DNA of 64,000 bases from contig NC_043011.1 in NCBI RefSeq assembly GCF_006345805.1, positions 48,434,464 to 48,498,463 on the forward strand, given 5' to 3'. Position numbers and translations under genes: made by a program. Under the pieces are notes generated by a model. The model saw only the letters and a list, made by a program, of their open reading frames with translations. It ran no database searches and was not told the origin of the DNA. Of this stretch, positions 1 to 13,501 are shown one piece after another (within the stretch, counting starts at the first letter, position 1; every line of letters starts with the position of its first letter). This DNA is from Octopus sinensis. Its lineage: Eukaryota.

Positions 1-1391
1 TCAAATGTGTCCTTACTATTCTAAAATGGTAAGTGTGAATGGAGAAGGATTTTGGCAGCTGTTTCCAGCAGGTCAAAAGCAACCATCTAAAGGCCCTCTC
101 ATTGGCTCACAGGATTGGATTTTGTTGCTATTGGACCCAATAGATTTACAATGAAAGGCATTCCATCTTTGAGACTTTCCATTCTTTTTTTTTTAATTGC
201 AGACATATTCTAAGACTGCATTACATACCATGTTTTTTAAGACTGTTGTGTATAATTTGAAAGACATTAGGAAACTATTTCTAGTAGGTTGAGCTATGCG
301 ACAACATAGAGACTTTCTCATTGGCTTGTTCACCATAACATTCATCCGACATGTCTTTCTCCCCCCCACCTTCATCTTCCTCACCTCCTTCTTCAGTATC
401 ACACTGCTTCTAACCATTGATTTATTATCACATATGAAATACATGCAATTACTCTTAAGAATATCTCACATATCCGTAACTGCCATATTTTAATCTTATT
501 CTGACATAATTTGCTTCCTCACCCTATTTTTGTATTCTTTTATTACATTTATATTACTTTCACATTCTTTAACCATTCCTGAAATGCTGGTTTATTCTTT
601 TAACAATTTATATTTATTTTCGTGTTCCTTCTTTTTATTTCTGAAGCCGTTTTCTCAATGCTTATATTATTAAATCACAGAAAATGTAACAATGTTATAT
701 TGCAGTAATTTCTCCGTCATTTTTTTCTTCTCAGCTTCTTTTTTTGGTCCTCTTTGTTACTTTTGGTTTTATCTAAAACCATTATAAATCATAATTCTTG
801 TAGAAAAGACTAGTATTTTTGCTTCATTTTATTCTTTTTATACCCAAATATCAAATATTACCGATTCTCTAAAACATTATTATTTCCTCATACTTTATAT
901 TTTTTATATTTTTATATATCACATGTATTAAATGCTATTTGTATTCTTCTTCTGCTTCTTCTTCTTCTTCTTCTTCTTCTTATTATTATTATTATTATTA
1001 TTATTAGACATTCTATTATATGTTTTATATGATATTATTTAGAAGTTCTGAAATTACTTATAATATTCTTTATATATCATTTACATTTCGTTACATTTTT
1101 GTGTGGTTTACATTTCTATGTACCCCGTGTATTTAACATTGAATTATAGATAAATTTGTATTTAATTAGCTGACTCTAATCTTTACATCGTTAATTGATA
1201 CTAATCTAATTGAGGAAAAGTCTAATCTATACATATCAAAATATTGATATTCTATATCAAAATATTGATATTCTATATCAAAATATTGTTCCCAGTGATG
1301 TGAAAAGCAGAGAGTAAGTTAAGCTCTTGTTGAGTGGAATCTTAATTAAATAGTCTTTTGCTTGATTCTTTGTTACAGATGAGAAAGACAG

Positions 1392-1431
<40 letters not shown>

Positions 1432-2562
1432 AAGTACACACATATAGAAATATATATGATAGACTTCCATTTAATATTACCATCTATCAAATTTAATTAC
1501 AAGGCATTGATTAGCAAGGAACTATAGTTCAAAATACTTTTCCAAAGTGCAGCACTGTATACCTGAACTCCAAACTGCAAAGAAAGCTATTTTTTTTTAC
1601 CGCAGGCATGACTACACCTGTAGATTTTGGTTATGCTGTTGTTGCTGTAAGGGGTAGGAAAATTGTGCAATTAGCAAGAATTTCAGTGGCTTTCAGTTGT
1701 GAGTTCAATACCCTATAGGTACCTTGGTGAAGGCAATGAAAATCTTTTCTGATTTATTTGAGATTTTCGGTTTAGTTCTTAATTACAAAGTAAGCGCAAA
1801 GCCTCCGGCCCTTTATTTTCTTTTTCTGAGGTTTCAGAGTTACTGAAGGGAAAGGAACGAGTCATACTCAAACCAGAGACATGGTGTAAAAGCTAGTAAC
1901 CAAATGAAGAATTTGAAAGCACGCAAGAACTAAGTGGTGGTGTTAATATGGGTGACAGATTAAGTATATCACTAAAGAACACAGAAATCAATGCGATGGA
2001 ACAAATATTACATAACACTACCAACCCTTTGCCTGAAGCAGGTGTCAAACTTTATTGACCCCTAAAGGAGGAAAAGCAAAGTTGACTTCAACAGGTTTTG
2101 AACTCAGACCCTGGAAAACCATAACAAACATCACAAGGACTATTGTTCTGTGCTCGTACTACTTTACCAATTCACCTCCAAGAAAATTCTGAAGATGTTT
2201 TTATCAGATGTTTAATTTGATGGTCAGTCTGTGATTCTTTCATCTTGTCCTAGGAAATGGAAGAATGTCCATAGTTTTTATAAACTCCCAGAGTCTAGTA
2301 GCATGAATGGAATCGATGCTCCACTTGAACTAAGGTTGACATATTTCAGAAAGAAATGTGAGCAAAAGGGAGTAATTCAAGTTGGTGTTCCAGGAGAGAA
2401 AGCCTTGGAAATGTGTTAATGTACAAAATGGAAGTAATTATGAGAATATTCATACATTGGAACGGATTGAATTGATGTTGTACATAAGAACAAGAACCAT
2501 TATCATATTAGAAGAAGGTTATGAGAGATGATAAACTACATCAGTGAGGTTGTAGTCATTAA

Positions 2563-3085
2563 CCCCTTGACAACGGTTGATGCAAATATGCGATCACACT
2601 TTTGCTTGCCTACCCGCGGTTAACGTAAATACATGATGTAGAGCTGCCCTACATATATCAAGGACTTTTTAGCGGCTGACGTATGTTTACGTTCGCTATC
2701 GTGTACTTTATCTCTTGAGGTGTGCATGCGCTCGCCGTCCCGTGCATTATCTTAGCTATTTTAGGTTACGTTCAAGTCATGAGGCTAGCAGTAGACCAAA
2801 GATATGCAGATTCTTTACACGCATAATACCATGTTTTCAGTTGTACAACTCACAAGCTATTTTTTTAACTTGAGCAGAATAACTCGTGCATATCATATTA
2901 TGATAAATAGTTTCACATAGTTCGTTTTCATAAACCGGTAGACGTAAATGTATGACACTATGTTATTGTAACGGTGAACGTAAATAGACGTGAGCTCGTT
3001 GGCACTTGTGTGTTTGTATGGCCTCATTAGATAAAAAAACTGGAGCAGAGTCTCGCATGCTTTGGGTAATACCGGCATCAAGGGG
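2563..3085. mobile_element. piggyBac-like non-autonomous element (MITE)
   Basis: TTAA at 2559-2562 and 3086-3089; terminal inverted repeats CCCCTTGACAACGGT / CCCCTTGATGCCGGT (12/15 match); CpG-rich interior with no long ORF. Confidence 0.8.
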
Positions 3086-3693
3086 TTAAGTGAATGAGTT
3101 CAATGAGTGTTTATGACTGTTTATAAATAATAAAATTCATCATAATATTTTTCAGTGTTGGTATCATGCAATAAAATGCACATAAACTCCATAAAGTGAT
3201 TTGTGATAGAAGCAATCCCATTGCCAGACGTTGGTGGCCAGGGGTGCTCCTGAATATTCTGGGTGGGCACTAAATTGTATTCCAGGAAGATTTTTGTGAA
3301 CTGTATATTCTAAATTTGAGGGTGCACTATTGAGTAACTAAGCGGGGCAGTGCTATTTAGTATACCCCCTTAGAGATAGGCATGTTAGTCAGACTTCAAG
3401 AAATATATTGCAGGAAGATTTTTGCAAACTGTATTTTCTAAATCTGAGGGTGCAGCATTGAATAGTGAGGGGTCAGTGCTGTCAAGTACCGTCTGGAGCC
3501 CCTACCGCACCCCACCTTCTTAACAATGGGTAGGGATGGAAGAGGTAGCCAACTATAGAAACCATGCCAATGTTAATAGTTTTTCTGAGAGACAAGGTCT
3601 TCTAACCTGTCTAGGAGGACAATGATATGGAATAAGGTCTAATGTGAATGCTGATGGTCCATCCACATCAGGCTAGCATGAAATAGGGACATA

Positions 3694-3794
3694 AAATGAA
3701 GATGATGGTGGTGGTGATGATGATGATGATGATGACGACATTGACGGCAATGATGGTGATGATGATGATGACGATATGGACGGTAATGATGGTG

Positions 3795-3828
<34 letters not shown>

Positions 3829-3929
3829 CGATGACGACATTGACGGCAATGATGGTGATGATGATGACGATGATAACACTGACAGCAATGATGGTGATGA
3901 TGATGATGACAACAACGACACTGACGGCA

Positions 3930-3977
<48 letters not shown>

Positions 3978-4045
3978 GTGATGACAACGATGACACTGAT
4001 GGCAATGATGATGATGATGATGATGATGATGATGGTGATGATTAC
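3694..4045. repeat. compound (GAT)n microsatellite with higher-order GAC-AYT-GAC-GGC-AAT-GAT unit
   Basis: direct reading; source of the poly-D, poly-M, poly-H, poly-S and poly-I ORFs in the track. Confidence 0.95.
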
Positions 4046-4764
4046 GGTGGTGACATGGTGGTATATATTTAGATGTATGCAATCGTATTCATTGTTAGTT
4101 GCGATTGTATAGTTATGTGTGCGCTTCATGCATATTTGCTTATCCACAATTATGTGCTCAGGTGTATTCAGTAGTCTAAACCTGGTAGTATAGCTAAACT
4201 TTTGCGCTGAAGCAAATTTCCATCCCCCCATGTAGAGTACATACATGAAATATCAAATGTTACACATTTCATAAGACTTTTCCCACTTTGCAAAAGTGAA
4301 AAGTGCATATCAAATGTCCTGACCTCCAGAATATAAACTTGTGCCCAGTTTATTGAACTTCGCCCTTTTCACACAGACAGACATTCATATATTGCTACAG
4401 TTAACCCAAGGCTGATGAAGAAACTTCTGTTATCTGACTCAACCTGTTCAATGTATCAGGCACTTTATCAATCTGAAAGATCTCTTTATTGTCTTCCGAC
4501 CAAGTATTGTACACAAGAGAACCACCTGCATTCTAGAAGTCCAGATAATATGGTTACAACCTAAACAAGATAACTACAAAAGGATATTAATAAAGCAAAA
4601 TTAAATCTGGACTGAATGGGATTTCAAAGCTTAACCAAGATGAAGGTAAATAATGCAGAGTTGTAGTTTGTGTCAGACAATCTACAGCATTGATTATATA
4701 TTCTACTGATACACGTATTATATATATGTGTGTATATATATATATATAATATATATATATATAT

Positions 4765-5555
4765 GAGGTGGTGAAACACGACCTTCGGACGTTAGGTCTC
4801 ACCATGGAAATGACTAGAGACCGAGACCTATGGAAGTATGCTGTGCGTGAGAAGACCCAGCAAGACTAGTGAAGCCATAACCCATGGCCCCTACCTGGGA
4901 CGTAGTCAGTCCACCTGTGCATACCTTCCTTCTTGTGACACTTGTGAAGACCTGCTGAGGCAAGTGAAAATCAAATCAAATCAAATCAAATCAAATCAAA
5001 CCAAAATAGATGAACATCAATGGAATTTGTATCCTTGTGGTACCAGTGCCGGTGGCACATAAGAAAACCATCCGAATGTGACTGTAGCCAGTACCGCATC
5101 GACTGGCCTCCGTGCTGAGGGCACGTAACAAACACCAGCCGAGCGTGTCCGTTCGCCAGCCTCGTCTGGCACCTGTGTCGGTGACACATAAGAAAACACC
5201 ATCCGAGCGTGGCCGTCTGCCAGCCTCGTCTGGCACCTGTGTCGGTGGCACATAAAAAACACCATCCAAGTGTGGCCGTCTGCCAGCCTCGTCTGGCACA
5301 CATGTCAGTGGCACATAAAAAACACCATCCGAGCGTGGCCGTCTGCCAGCCTCGTCTGGCACCTGTGTTGGTGGCACATAAAATCACCCACTACACTCTC
5401 GGAGTGGTTGGCGTTAGGAAGGGCATCCAGCTGTAGAAACACTGCCAGATCTGACTGGCCTGGTGCAGCCTTCGGGCTTGCCAGACCCCAGTTGAACCGT
5501 CCAACCCATGCTAGCATGGAAAGCGGACGTTAAACAATGATGATGATGATGATGA

Positions 5556-5556
<1 letters not shown>
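4765..5556 (+). mobile_element. 5'-truncated RTE-clade LINE: ORF2 C-terminus, long 3' UTR and (GAT)n tail
   Basis: 4765-4869 translates EVVKHDLRTLGLTMEMTRDRDLWKYAVREKTQQD*, like the RTE ORF2 end (V..DL..LGL....DR..W); ends CCATGCTAGCATGGAAAGCGGACGTTAAAC(AATG)(ATG)n; flanked by (TA)n on both sides. Confidence 0.8.
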
Positions 5557-5823
<267 letters not shown>

Positions 5824-5942
5824 AAGTGCAAACAAGGGAGTCAGAGAAAGGCAGAATGCCACTTATATCTGAACACTGCTATAGAAATATTCCTTTTAAA
5901 AAAACTTTTCTTCTAATTTTTCTAAATTTAATTATTTAATCG

Positions 5943-5986
5943 TTACAGTTGAAAAGGTCTCAAAATGACCGAAACCGGTACTGAAA
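5943..5986 (+). ncRNA. minimal type I hammerhead-like motif with U3-A8 core variant
   Basis: CAG-TTGAAAA-GGTC(TCAAAAT)GACC-GAA-ACCGGT-A-CTG: stem I CAG/CTG, 4-bp stem II, palindromic stem III ACCGGT, GUA triplet. Confidence 0.55.
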
Positions 5987-6047
5987 GATTCACTATAAAA
6001 TTATCTTAGCATTTTCTATTTTTGACTTGTTTTTTCATATATATATG

Positions 6048-6104
<57 letters not shown>

Positions 6105-6324
6105 CACGTTTATACACTACCTTTCAAAATCTGTATGATAATGATTTCTCATATAGGTTTCAAATTTTAGCACAAGGTCAGCAATTCTGGGGGATGGGGG
6201 AGGAAAGTCAATTACATCGACCCCAGTGTACAACTGGTACTTATTTGACTGACGCTGAAAGAATGAGAAGCAAAGTCAAACTTGGTAGAATTTGAACCCA
6301 GAGCATAAAGACAGATGAAATGTT

Positions 6325-7130
6325 TGGCTGTGTGGTAAGTAGCTTGCTTACCAACCACATGGTTCCAGGTTCAGTCCCAGGGCATCGTGTCAACTTGGGC
6401 AAGTGTCTTCTACTATAGCCTTGGCCTGACCAAAGCCTCGTGAGTGGATTTGGTAGATGGAAACTGAAAGAAGCCCGTCGCATATATGTATATTTATATC
6501 ATCATCATCATCATCATTTAACGTCCGCTTTCCATGCTAGCATGGGTTGGACGGTTCAACTGGGGTCTGGGGAGCCCGAAAGCTGCACCAGTCCAGTCAG
6601 ATCTGGCAGTGTTTCTACAGCTGGATGCCCTTCCTAACGCCAACCACTCCGAGAGTGTAGTGGGTGATTTTATGTGCCACCGACACAGGTGCCAGACGAG
6701 GCTGGCAAACGGCCACGCTCGGATGGGTTTTTTATGTGCCACCGACACAGGTGCCAGACGAGGCTGGCAAACGGCCACGCTCGGATGGTGTTTTTTATGT
6801 GCCACCGACACAGGTGCCAGACGAGGCTGGCAGACGCCACGCTCGGATGGTGTTTTTATGTGCCACCGACACAGGTGCCAGACGAGGCTGGCAGACGGCC
6901 ACGCTCGGATGGTGTTTTTATGTGCCACCGACACAGGTGCCAGACGAGGCTGGCAGACGGCCACGCTCGGATGGTGTTTTTTATGTGCCACCGACACAGG
7001 TGCCAGATGAGGCTGGCAAACGGCCACGATTATATATACATGTATTTGTGTGTGTACATGTTTGTGTGTCTGTGTTTGTCCCCCCCCCAACATCGCTTGA
7101 CAACCAATGCTGGTGCGCTTACATCACACT
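6325..7130 (+). mobile_element. tRNA-derived SINE family A, interrupted by an RTE 3' fragment
   Basis: head GGCTGTGTGGTAAG...GGTTCAGTCCC (A/B-box-like); body resumes at ~7030 after the insertion. Confidence 0.8.
6500..7029 (-). mobile_element. RTE LINE 3' UTR fragment with six ~62-bp tandem units
   Basis: reverse complement of the 5130-5556 region; units start at 6672, 6734, 6797, 6858, 6920 and 6983. Confidence 0.85.
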
Positions 7131-7215
7131 CACACAAACTCACACAAGCATAAACATATGAATTCTCAAGTGTAGAACACAAATTCACAAACATTTTCTG
7201 AAAATTCCAAAACAT

Positions 7216-7630
7216 AGGTGCAGGAGTGGCTGTGTGGTAAGTAGCTTGCTAACCAACCACATGGTTCCGGGTTCAGTCTCACTGCATGGCATCTTGGGCA
7301 AGTGTCTTCTGCTATAGCCTCGGGCCGACAAAAGCCTTGTGAGTGGATTTGGTAGATGGAAACTGAGAGAAGCCTGTCGTATATATGTATATATATGTTT
7401 ATATGTATGTGTGTACATGTTTGTGTGTCTGTGTTTGTCCCTCTAGCATTGCTTGACAACCGATGCTGGTGTGTTTACGTCCCTGTCACTTAGCGGTTCG
7501 GCAAAAGAGACTGATAGAATAAGTACTGGGCTTACAAAGAATAAGTCCCGTGGTTGATTTGCTTGACTAAAGGCGGTGCTCCAGCATGGCCACAGTCAAA
7601 ATGACTGAAACAAGTAAAAGAGTAAAGAGT
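7216..7630 (+). mobile_element. SINE family A, full length
   Basis: tRNA-like head, internal TA/TG microsatellite, tail ...GACTGAAACAAGTAAAAGAGTA. Confidence 0.9.
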
Positions 7631-7765
7631 ATAAAAAAGTTACGAGGCATTATATGAGGTTCTTAAACCAGAATTCTTCCCCAAACTATATGAATACAGC
7701 TAAATAATGCTAACTGTTTACTCATTTATAATCAGGCGTTCTACAATTTCAATTTTTTCACTATT

Positions 7766-8153
7766 TACTCTTTTACTTGTTTCAGTCATTTGACTGCGGC
7801 CATGCTAGAGCACCGCCTTTAGTCAAGCAAATCGACTCCGAGACTTATTCTTTTGTAAGCCCAGTACTTATTCTATCGGTCTCTTTTGCCGATCTGCTAA
7901 GTTACGGGGACGTAAACACACCAGTATCGGTTGTCAAGCAATGCTAGGGGGACAAACACACACACATACATATATATATATACATATATACGACAGGCTT
8001 CTTTCAGTTTCCGTCTACCAAATCCACTCACAAGGCTTTGGTTGGCCTGGGGCTATAGCAGAAGACACTTGCCCAAGATGCCACGCAGTGGGACTGAACC
8101 CGGAACCATGTGGTTGGTTAGCAAGCTACTTACCACACAGCCACTCCTGCGCC
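7766..8153 (-). mobile_element. SINE family A, full length
   Basis: reverse complement of the 7216-7630 family. Confidence 0.9.
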
Positions 8154-9190
8154 TATATTGCTGTATTTAAAGGGAGAAATTTGACAAGTCAGTCAGTCGC
8201 CCGCTGACACTCGTTGACGCTACATCAAAGAGGCCAGGGAACAGAAGAAAGAAGACATGCACCCAACACCAGAGCTGAAGACACCTCCGAAAGGGGTGGG
8301 GTTGGGGGGCGACGTGCCAAAACGGCAGAGTAGTAGGGGCCGAAACTGGACGTGGTTCCTCCTGATGATGTCTTAAGCTAACTGGATCCTATAAAGGAGC
8401 CGTTGTGGTAGCAGACCACGAAACACGGTTGTAATTCCTTCCAATATATGGCGAAAAGGAAGAAGCTTCTCTTTTAATACATAAATGTATGACAATTTTT
8501 CTTATGATGTTATTTTATAATTGGAAAGGAGAATTTTTTAAGTCGAATTGAAATTCTCCAACTTAGACTTTGTAAAAAGCAAAGTTGAGGTAGAAAAATG
8601 TGTACATGTATAACTCACATACATTCTCATGTGATGGGACAAAGACATAAAAGGGGAAAAAAAACAAAAAAAAACAAAACAAATGATTATATTTTAACTG
8701 TAAAATAATTGCAAATTTATTATTTATACTATTGATTCTGTATAATTAACAATGGGGAAAGTGTCAGTTCTCAAGTGGAGAAACTTTCAAGAAAAATTCA
8801 TGCATTTTTAATCAGATGATATTTTCTCGAGCTAAATCATTAACATGAAACTGTAATATCAAATGTTTTTTCCAAATTGAATTTTTATTTTATTTTTTAT
8901 TTTAAATATATTATTATTATTATTATTATTATTACTTTTTTTTTTCTTCTTTCAAATTTTCTTCCAATTCTTGCCGAGTGTCTTCCCGACTCCTAGGGCA
9001 AAGAAACTCATAGTGTATATTGGTAGGCCATTAAAGCAAACTCAGTAGTTCGTTCATTTTTTTTTTTTTTTTTTTATATTCTTATAAAGAGTCAGGGTTT
9101 GTGAAATCTGATGTTTCTCAATCCAAACTGCTTGGTTTGCATAATATTTTACAGTTTTTGTGATTGCTAAATGAAGCTTATATGATGATC

Positions 9191-9235
<45 letters not shown>

Positions 9236-9285
9236 TATTATCATCATTGAGTGTTGTTATTTTCTCTTCTGCGAAATATTTACAG

Positions 9286-9375
9286 ATCAACCCACTTCAT
9301 CATATGCAGCCATCTTCGGTAATTCAAGTTCTGCAACAGGTCCGGATAAACTTGATATTGTATGGGGGGAGAAAA
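9286..9375 (+). CDS. candidate internal exon (90 nt), product unknown
   Basis: acceptor TTTCTCTTCTGCGAAATATTTACAG, donor GTAAGG; open in phase 1 (DQPTSSYAAIFGNSSSATGPDKLDIVWGEK) and phase 0; no homology recognised. Confidence 0.3.
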
Positions 9376-9694
9376 GTAAGGATTAGAACCACATCTAGGA
9401 ATCTGTGGGTCTTTTAGATAGTAGCAATTACAGGTTAACAGCTCTCAGTAGACCAAAAACAAAACAAAAGTTACTGAGAAATTGTAACTTTATATGTTAT
9501 CAGCAGAAAATCTAATGTGTAAATTCTCACATACAAATAATAGAGTTTTGAAGTCACTTATTAATATTTCAGATATAGAGAGTACTTGGGTGGTAAACCT
9601 AGTCCATCATATAATCTAATACCACAAACTAACCCTTTAGGGTCTTGCATGGAGACTTCTCTGTTATAAGTATTTGGACCCTGTCACTAGTCTT

Positions 9695-10112
9695 TTTATT
9701 TGTTTCAGCCATTTGACTGTGGCCATGCTGGAGCACCGCCTTTAGTTGAGCAAATCGACCTTAGGACTTATTCTTTGTAAGCCAAGTGCTTATTCTATCG
9801 GTCTCTCTTACCAAACCACTAAGTTATGGGGACGTAAACACACCAGCATCGATTGTCAAACAATGTTGGGGGGACAAACACAGACACATAAACATATACA
9901 TACATATATATATATATATGTGTGTGTGTGTGTATATATACATATATATATACATACCTGCATATATATATATATATATACGACAGGCTTCTTTCAGTTT
10001 CCTTTTACCAAATCCAATCGCAAGGCTTTGGTCAGCCCAAAGCTATAGTAGAAGACACTTGCCCAAGGTGCCAAGCAGTGGGACTGAACCCAGAACCATG
10101 TGGTTGGTAACT
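9695..10112 (-). mobile_element. SINE family A
   Basis: same family; head truncated near 10112. Confidence 0.85.
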
Positions 10113-11055
10113 AGTTAAAGAAATGTACTGTTTCTTGCAGTAAACTCTTAACTGTAGTATTGGCAGTGGTGCTGATGGTGATGATGATTATGATGATGAG
10201 GGGGAGGAGGGTATATACATAGATATGTTAGCGCTTAGGAAACTCCTTTCAAGTTGAGACTAAATAATTGCATGCTTCTTCTCTATGATCCAGGAAAGAC
10301 ATAACATCACAAGCTTGGCAAGATACTTATGACTATTGAAGGAAAATCAAGTACTCTATAACACTAACTGGAGATTCCTGAGAAAGTGATGGCCATATGT
10401 CTACTACATATCTAGGAGTTGTGTTCTTTGTTAACTAGTAAAAAGTATTGTCATGAAGAATTCACTCTACTCAGGAACCTTCCTGAACTCTTGATATGAA
10501 ATTTTCTCCTCTTGTTCACATTCTCAGAAATATATTTTGACCAACTGGTCAGTTTCTTCCGAGCAGTAAGATCTGGATTTTGCCCATTTGACTGTTAAAA
10601 GTTGTGTCTTTGTCCCATACCAAGCATTTAAATATACCTCTCCCATCTATTTTTCTCCGCTTTACACTTTTCACTCACCTTTAGCTCCTCATCCTTACAG
10701 GATCACACACACAAAATCTGGTATGGACAATCACCATTTGAATGCTGACACAAAGGTCAGTGACTTATCTAAGTAATATAAATCTAATGGGACCTTGTGT
10801 TTTATCAGCTTTGGTTTTTATTGCTTTTTCTTCTTCGAAATCTCTTTGGAACTCATAAACTGGATGAAGAGTATTCAGATCTTCAGTAGGAAATGAGCCA
10901 AAGATATTTTCTTCTGATTAACCATGACGGATGACTGTTAAATTACACTTCCCTCTTTAGAAAGCAATGTGTGATGTATGCTGCTATGAATTTATATTTT
11001 TAATGCTGTATAAATAATATATATCTGTCTATCTATCTGTCTGTCTGTCTGCCTG

Positions 11056-11088
<33 letters not shown>

Positions 11089-11576
11089 ATATATATATAT
11101 ATATATATATATGTAAGAGATAATGGTGTTATTGAGACCCAAAGGTGTCAGGTAATGCTGAATAAGTGCTATAGACAGACCATAGTTAAGTTCCAGATTC
11201 GGTAATATTGCGAAAAAAGGGTTCAACGTTGGTTCTATATCAGCGTGTGTATATAAGAGTTTTTTGCGTAATGAAATAAAAAAACCCAAGGCTGTATAGA
11301 TATTAATATCTATACAGCCATGTATTTTATCTTATTACGCAAAAAACTCTTATATATATATCCCTCTCTCTCTCTCTTTCAGAGAGGCACTGAGCATCTA
11401 CACGCACATATACACACATGGCAGTAACTTCCACCTACCGAATTCAATCACAAAGCTCCGGTCGGCTCGGGGCTATAGTGGAAGACACCTGCCCAAAGTG
11501 CCATGCAGTGGGACTGAACCAGGGACCATGTAGCTAGGAAGCAAGCTCCCTAACCACACAGCCTATATATATATAG

Positions 11577-11956
11577 GCGCAATGGCCCAGTGGTTAGGGC
11601 AGCGGACTCGCGGTCATAGGATCGCGGTTTCGATTCCCTGACCGGGAGTTGTGAGTGTTTATTGAGCGAAAACACCTAAAGCTCCACGAGGCTCCGGCAG
11701 GGGATGGTGGTGATCCCTGCTGTACTCTTTCACCACAACTTTCTCTCACTCTTACTTCCTGTTTCTGTTGTACCTGTATTTCAAAGGGGCCAGCCTTGTC
11801 ACTCTGTGTGTCACGCTGAATATCCCCGAGAACTACGTTAAGGGTACACGTGTCTGTGGAATGCTCAGCCACTTACACGTTAATTTCACGAGCAGGCTGT
11901 TCCGTTGATTCGGATCAACCGGAACCCTCGTCGTCGTAACCGACGGAGTGCTTCCA
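11577..11956 (+). mobile_element. tRNA-derived SINE family D
   Basis: head GGCGCAATGGCCCAGTGGTTAGGGCAGCGGACTCGCGG...GGTTTCGATTCCC; related copies at 14826-15137, 16286-16585 and 56433-56669. Confidence 0.85.
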
Positions 11957-11975
11957 TTCCATATATATATATATA

Positions 11976-12177
11976 TGAGGGAGTGCTGAAAAGTTCCTGG
12001 CTTTGGGTAAAAGAAAATACAGGAGGATCAATTTATTGTGATTTTATTCAACATTTTCCTCTCTCAGATTCACACACTTGTTGCAGGCCCTTCAGTTTCT
12101 GTAAGTCCTGTAAAAGAACTCGAAAGGCTGACTTTTCACAATACCCTTGAAATCAGGAACTTTTCAGCACCCCTTCA
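11976..12177. mobile_element. mariner-type MITE
   Basis: 24-bp terminal inverted repeats TGAGGGAGTGCTGAAAAGTTCCTG (22/24 match), TA on both sides. Confidence 0.85.
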
Positions 12178-12251
12178 TACATACATACATACGTACATAC
12201 ATACATACATGCATGCATACATACATACATACATACTTACATACATACATA

Positions 12252-12282
<31 letters not shown>

Positions 12283-12470
12283 CATACATACATACATACA
12301 TACATACATACATACATACATACATGCATACATACATACATACTTACATACATACATAATACATACTTACATACATACATAATACATACGTACATACATA
12401 CATAATACATACATACATACATACATACATACATACATACATACATACATACATACATACATACATACAA
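12178..12470. repeat. (TACA)n microsatellite
   Basis: direct reading. Confidence 0.95.
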
Positions 12471-13312
12471 ACATATGAACTTAAACTAAGAGTATGTTTT
12501 GCAACTCTAGCTTTGCACCACTGCAATCTCAAGCACAGTAATACACACAGACACACATCCATGTATATTCCTTCTAACTGATTATAGCCTTTTCATGATT
12601 TTTTTTCCACTTTTCTTTTATCTTTCTTTTTTCTCATATTTATGCCCACTTCTTTTTCTCTTTCACTTTCCTTACATCTTATTACTCTAGACTCGCCAAC
12701 CTTTCTTATTATCACTATTTTCACCTCGCCATTGCTAACCTCCTCTTCTTTTATCTTCCCTCTTTCTTTTAATGTGTTCATGCTCTTAAATACTAGTTTG
12801 CTACTAAAGGAATTGTGCTTTTGCCACTCCTTCTTCTTATGAAAAAAAAAAGACAGAATTTCAAAGCCACTGGCTTAGATATTTTGAGATTTCATGTTTA
12901 TGTGTTCATAATAATTTCCGTTTGTTTGATGTGTACCACAGCATCAGTATGCACATTCATTTACATAATACGTGTTATAGCATCAACCAGTCACTGACGT
13001 TTTGAAACAGCTGTAAAGAACTACCTTGGAATAAATTTTGGCTTAGCTTGTTATATTTATGGTTTTACGTAACTTTTTTTTGTAAACGATAATATAATAC
13101 CATTTATACATGCTTATTCATTTCATATATATATATATATATATAGTTAATCCCAAAAAATATGGCTACTGAAGGAAAATAAAGTACTCTATAACACTTA
13201 CTGGAGATTCCTGGGAAAGTGAGGGCCACATGTTTACAACAGTAGGAGATGTGTTCTTTGGACATGGTACATGCAAAGTATTAGCAGATGCTCAGGGAAG
13301 GAAAGAAAGGTA

Positions 13313-13347
13313 GTTTTACGTTTCGAGCAAAGTTCTTCATCAGAAAC
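13313..13347 (-). ncRNA. minimal type I hammerhead-like motif in a Penelope-like short repeat (13146-13400)
   Basis: minus strand GTTT-CTGATGA-A-GAAC(TTT)GCTC-GAA-ACGT-A-AAAC: intact core, 4-bp stem I, one mismatch in stem II, palindromic ACGT stem III. Confidence 0.6.
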
Positions 13348-13415
13348 AAGACACAGAGGAAAAAGATTGCCAATGATCCACGTGTGGTTACATTTTGAAA
13401 TATATATATATATAT

Positions 13416-13456
<41 letters not shown>

Positions 13457-13501
13457 TTATCGTTATGGTAAAATCTGGCGTGTGATTGAGTGGATTTCAT
13501 C

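Noticed and set aside
200-960. Purine-rich minus-strand stretch resembling a Lys/Glu-rich coding region
   Set aside because: Multiple stops in every frame and no recognisable domain; base composition bias is a sufficient explanation.
1231-1288. 21-bp tandem repeat, about 2.6 copies
   Set aside because: A small AT-rich local duplication with no sign of function.
6672-7029. CRISPR-like array of ~62-bp hairpin units
   Set aside because: Units are near-identical along their full length with no unique spacers, lie inside a LINE 3' UTR, and no cas genes are present in this eukaryotic DNA.
12990-13030. GAAACAGCTGTA, a palindromic stem III half of a hammerhead
   Set aside because: No CUGAnGA core and no stem I partner upstream.
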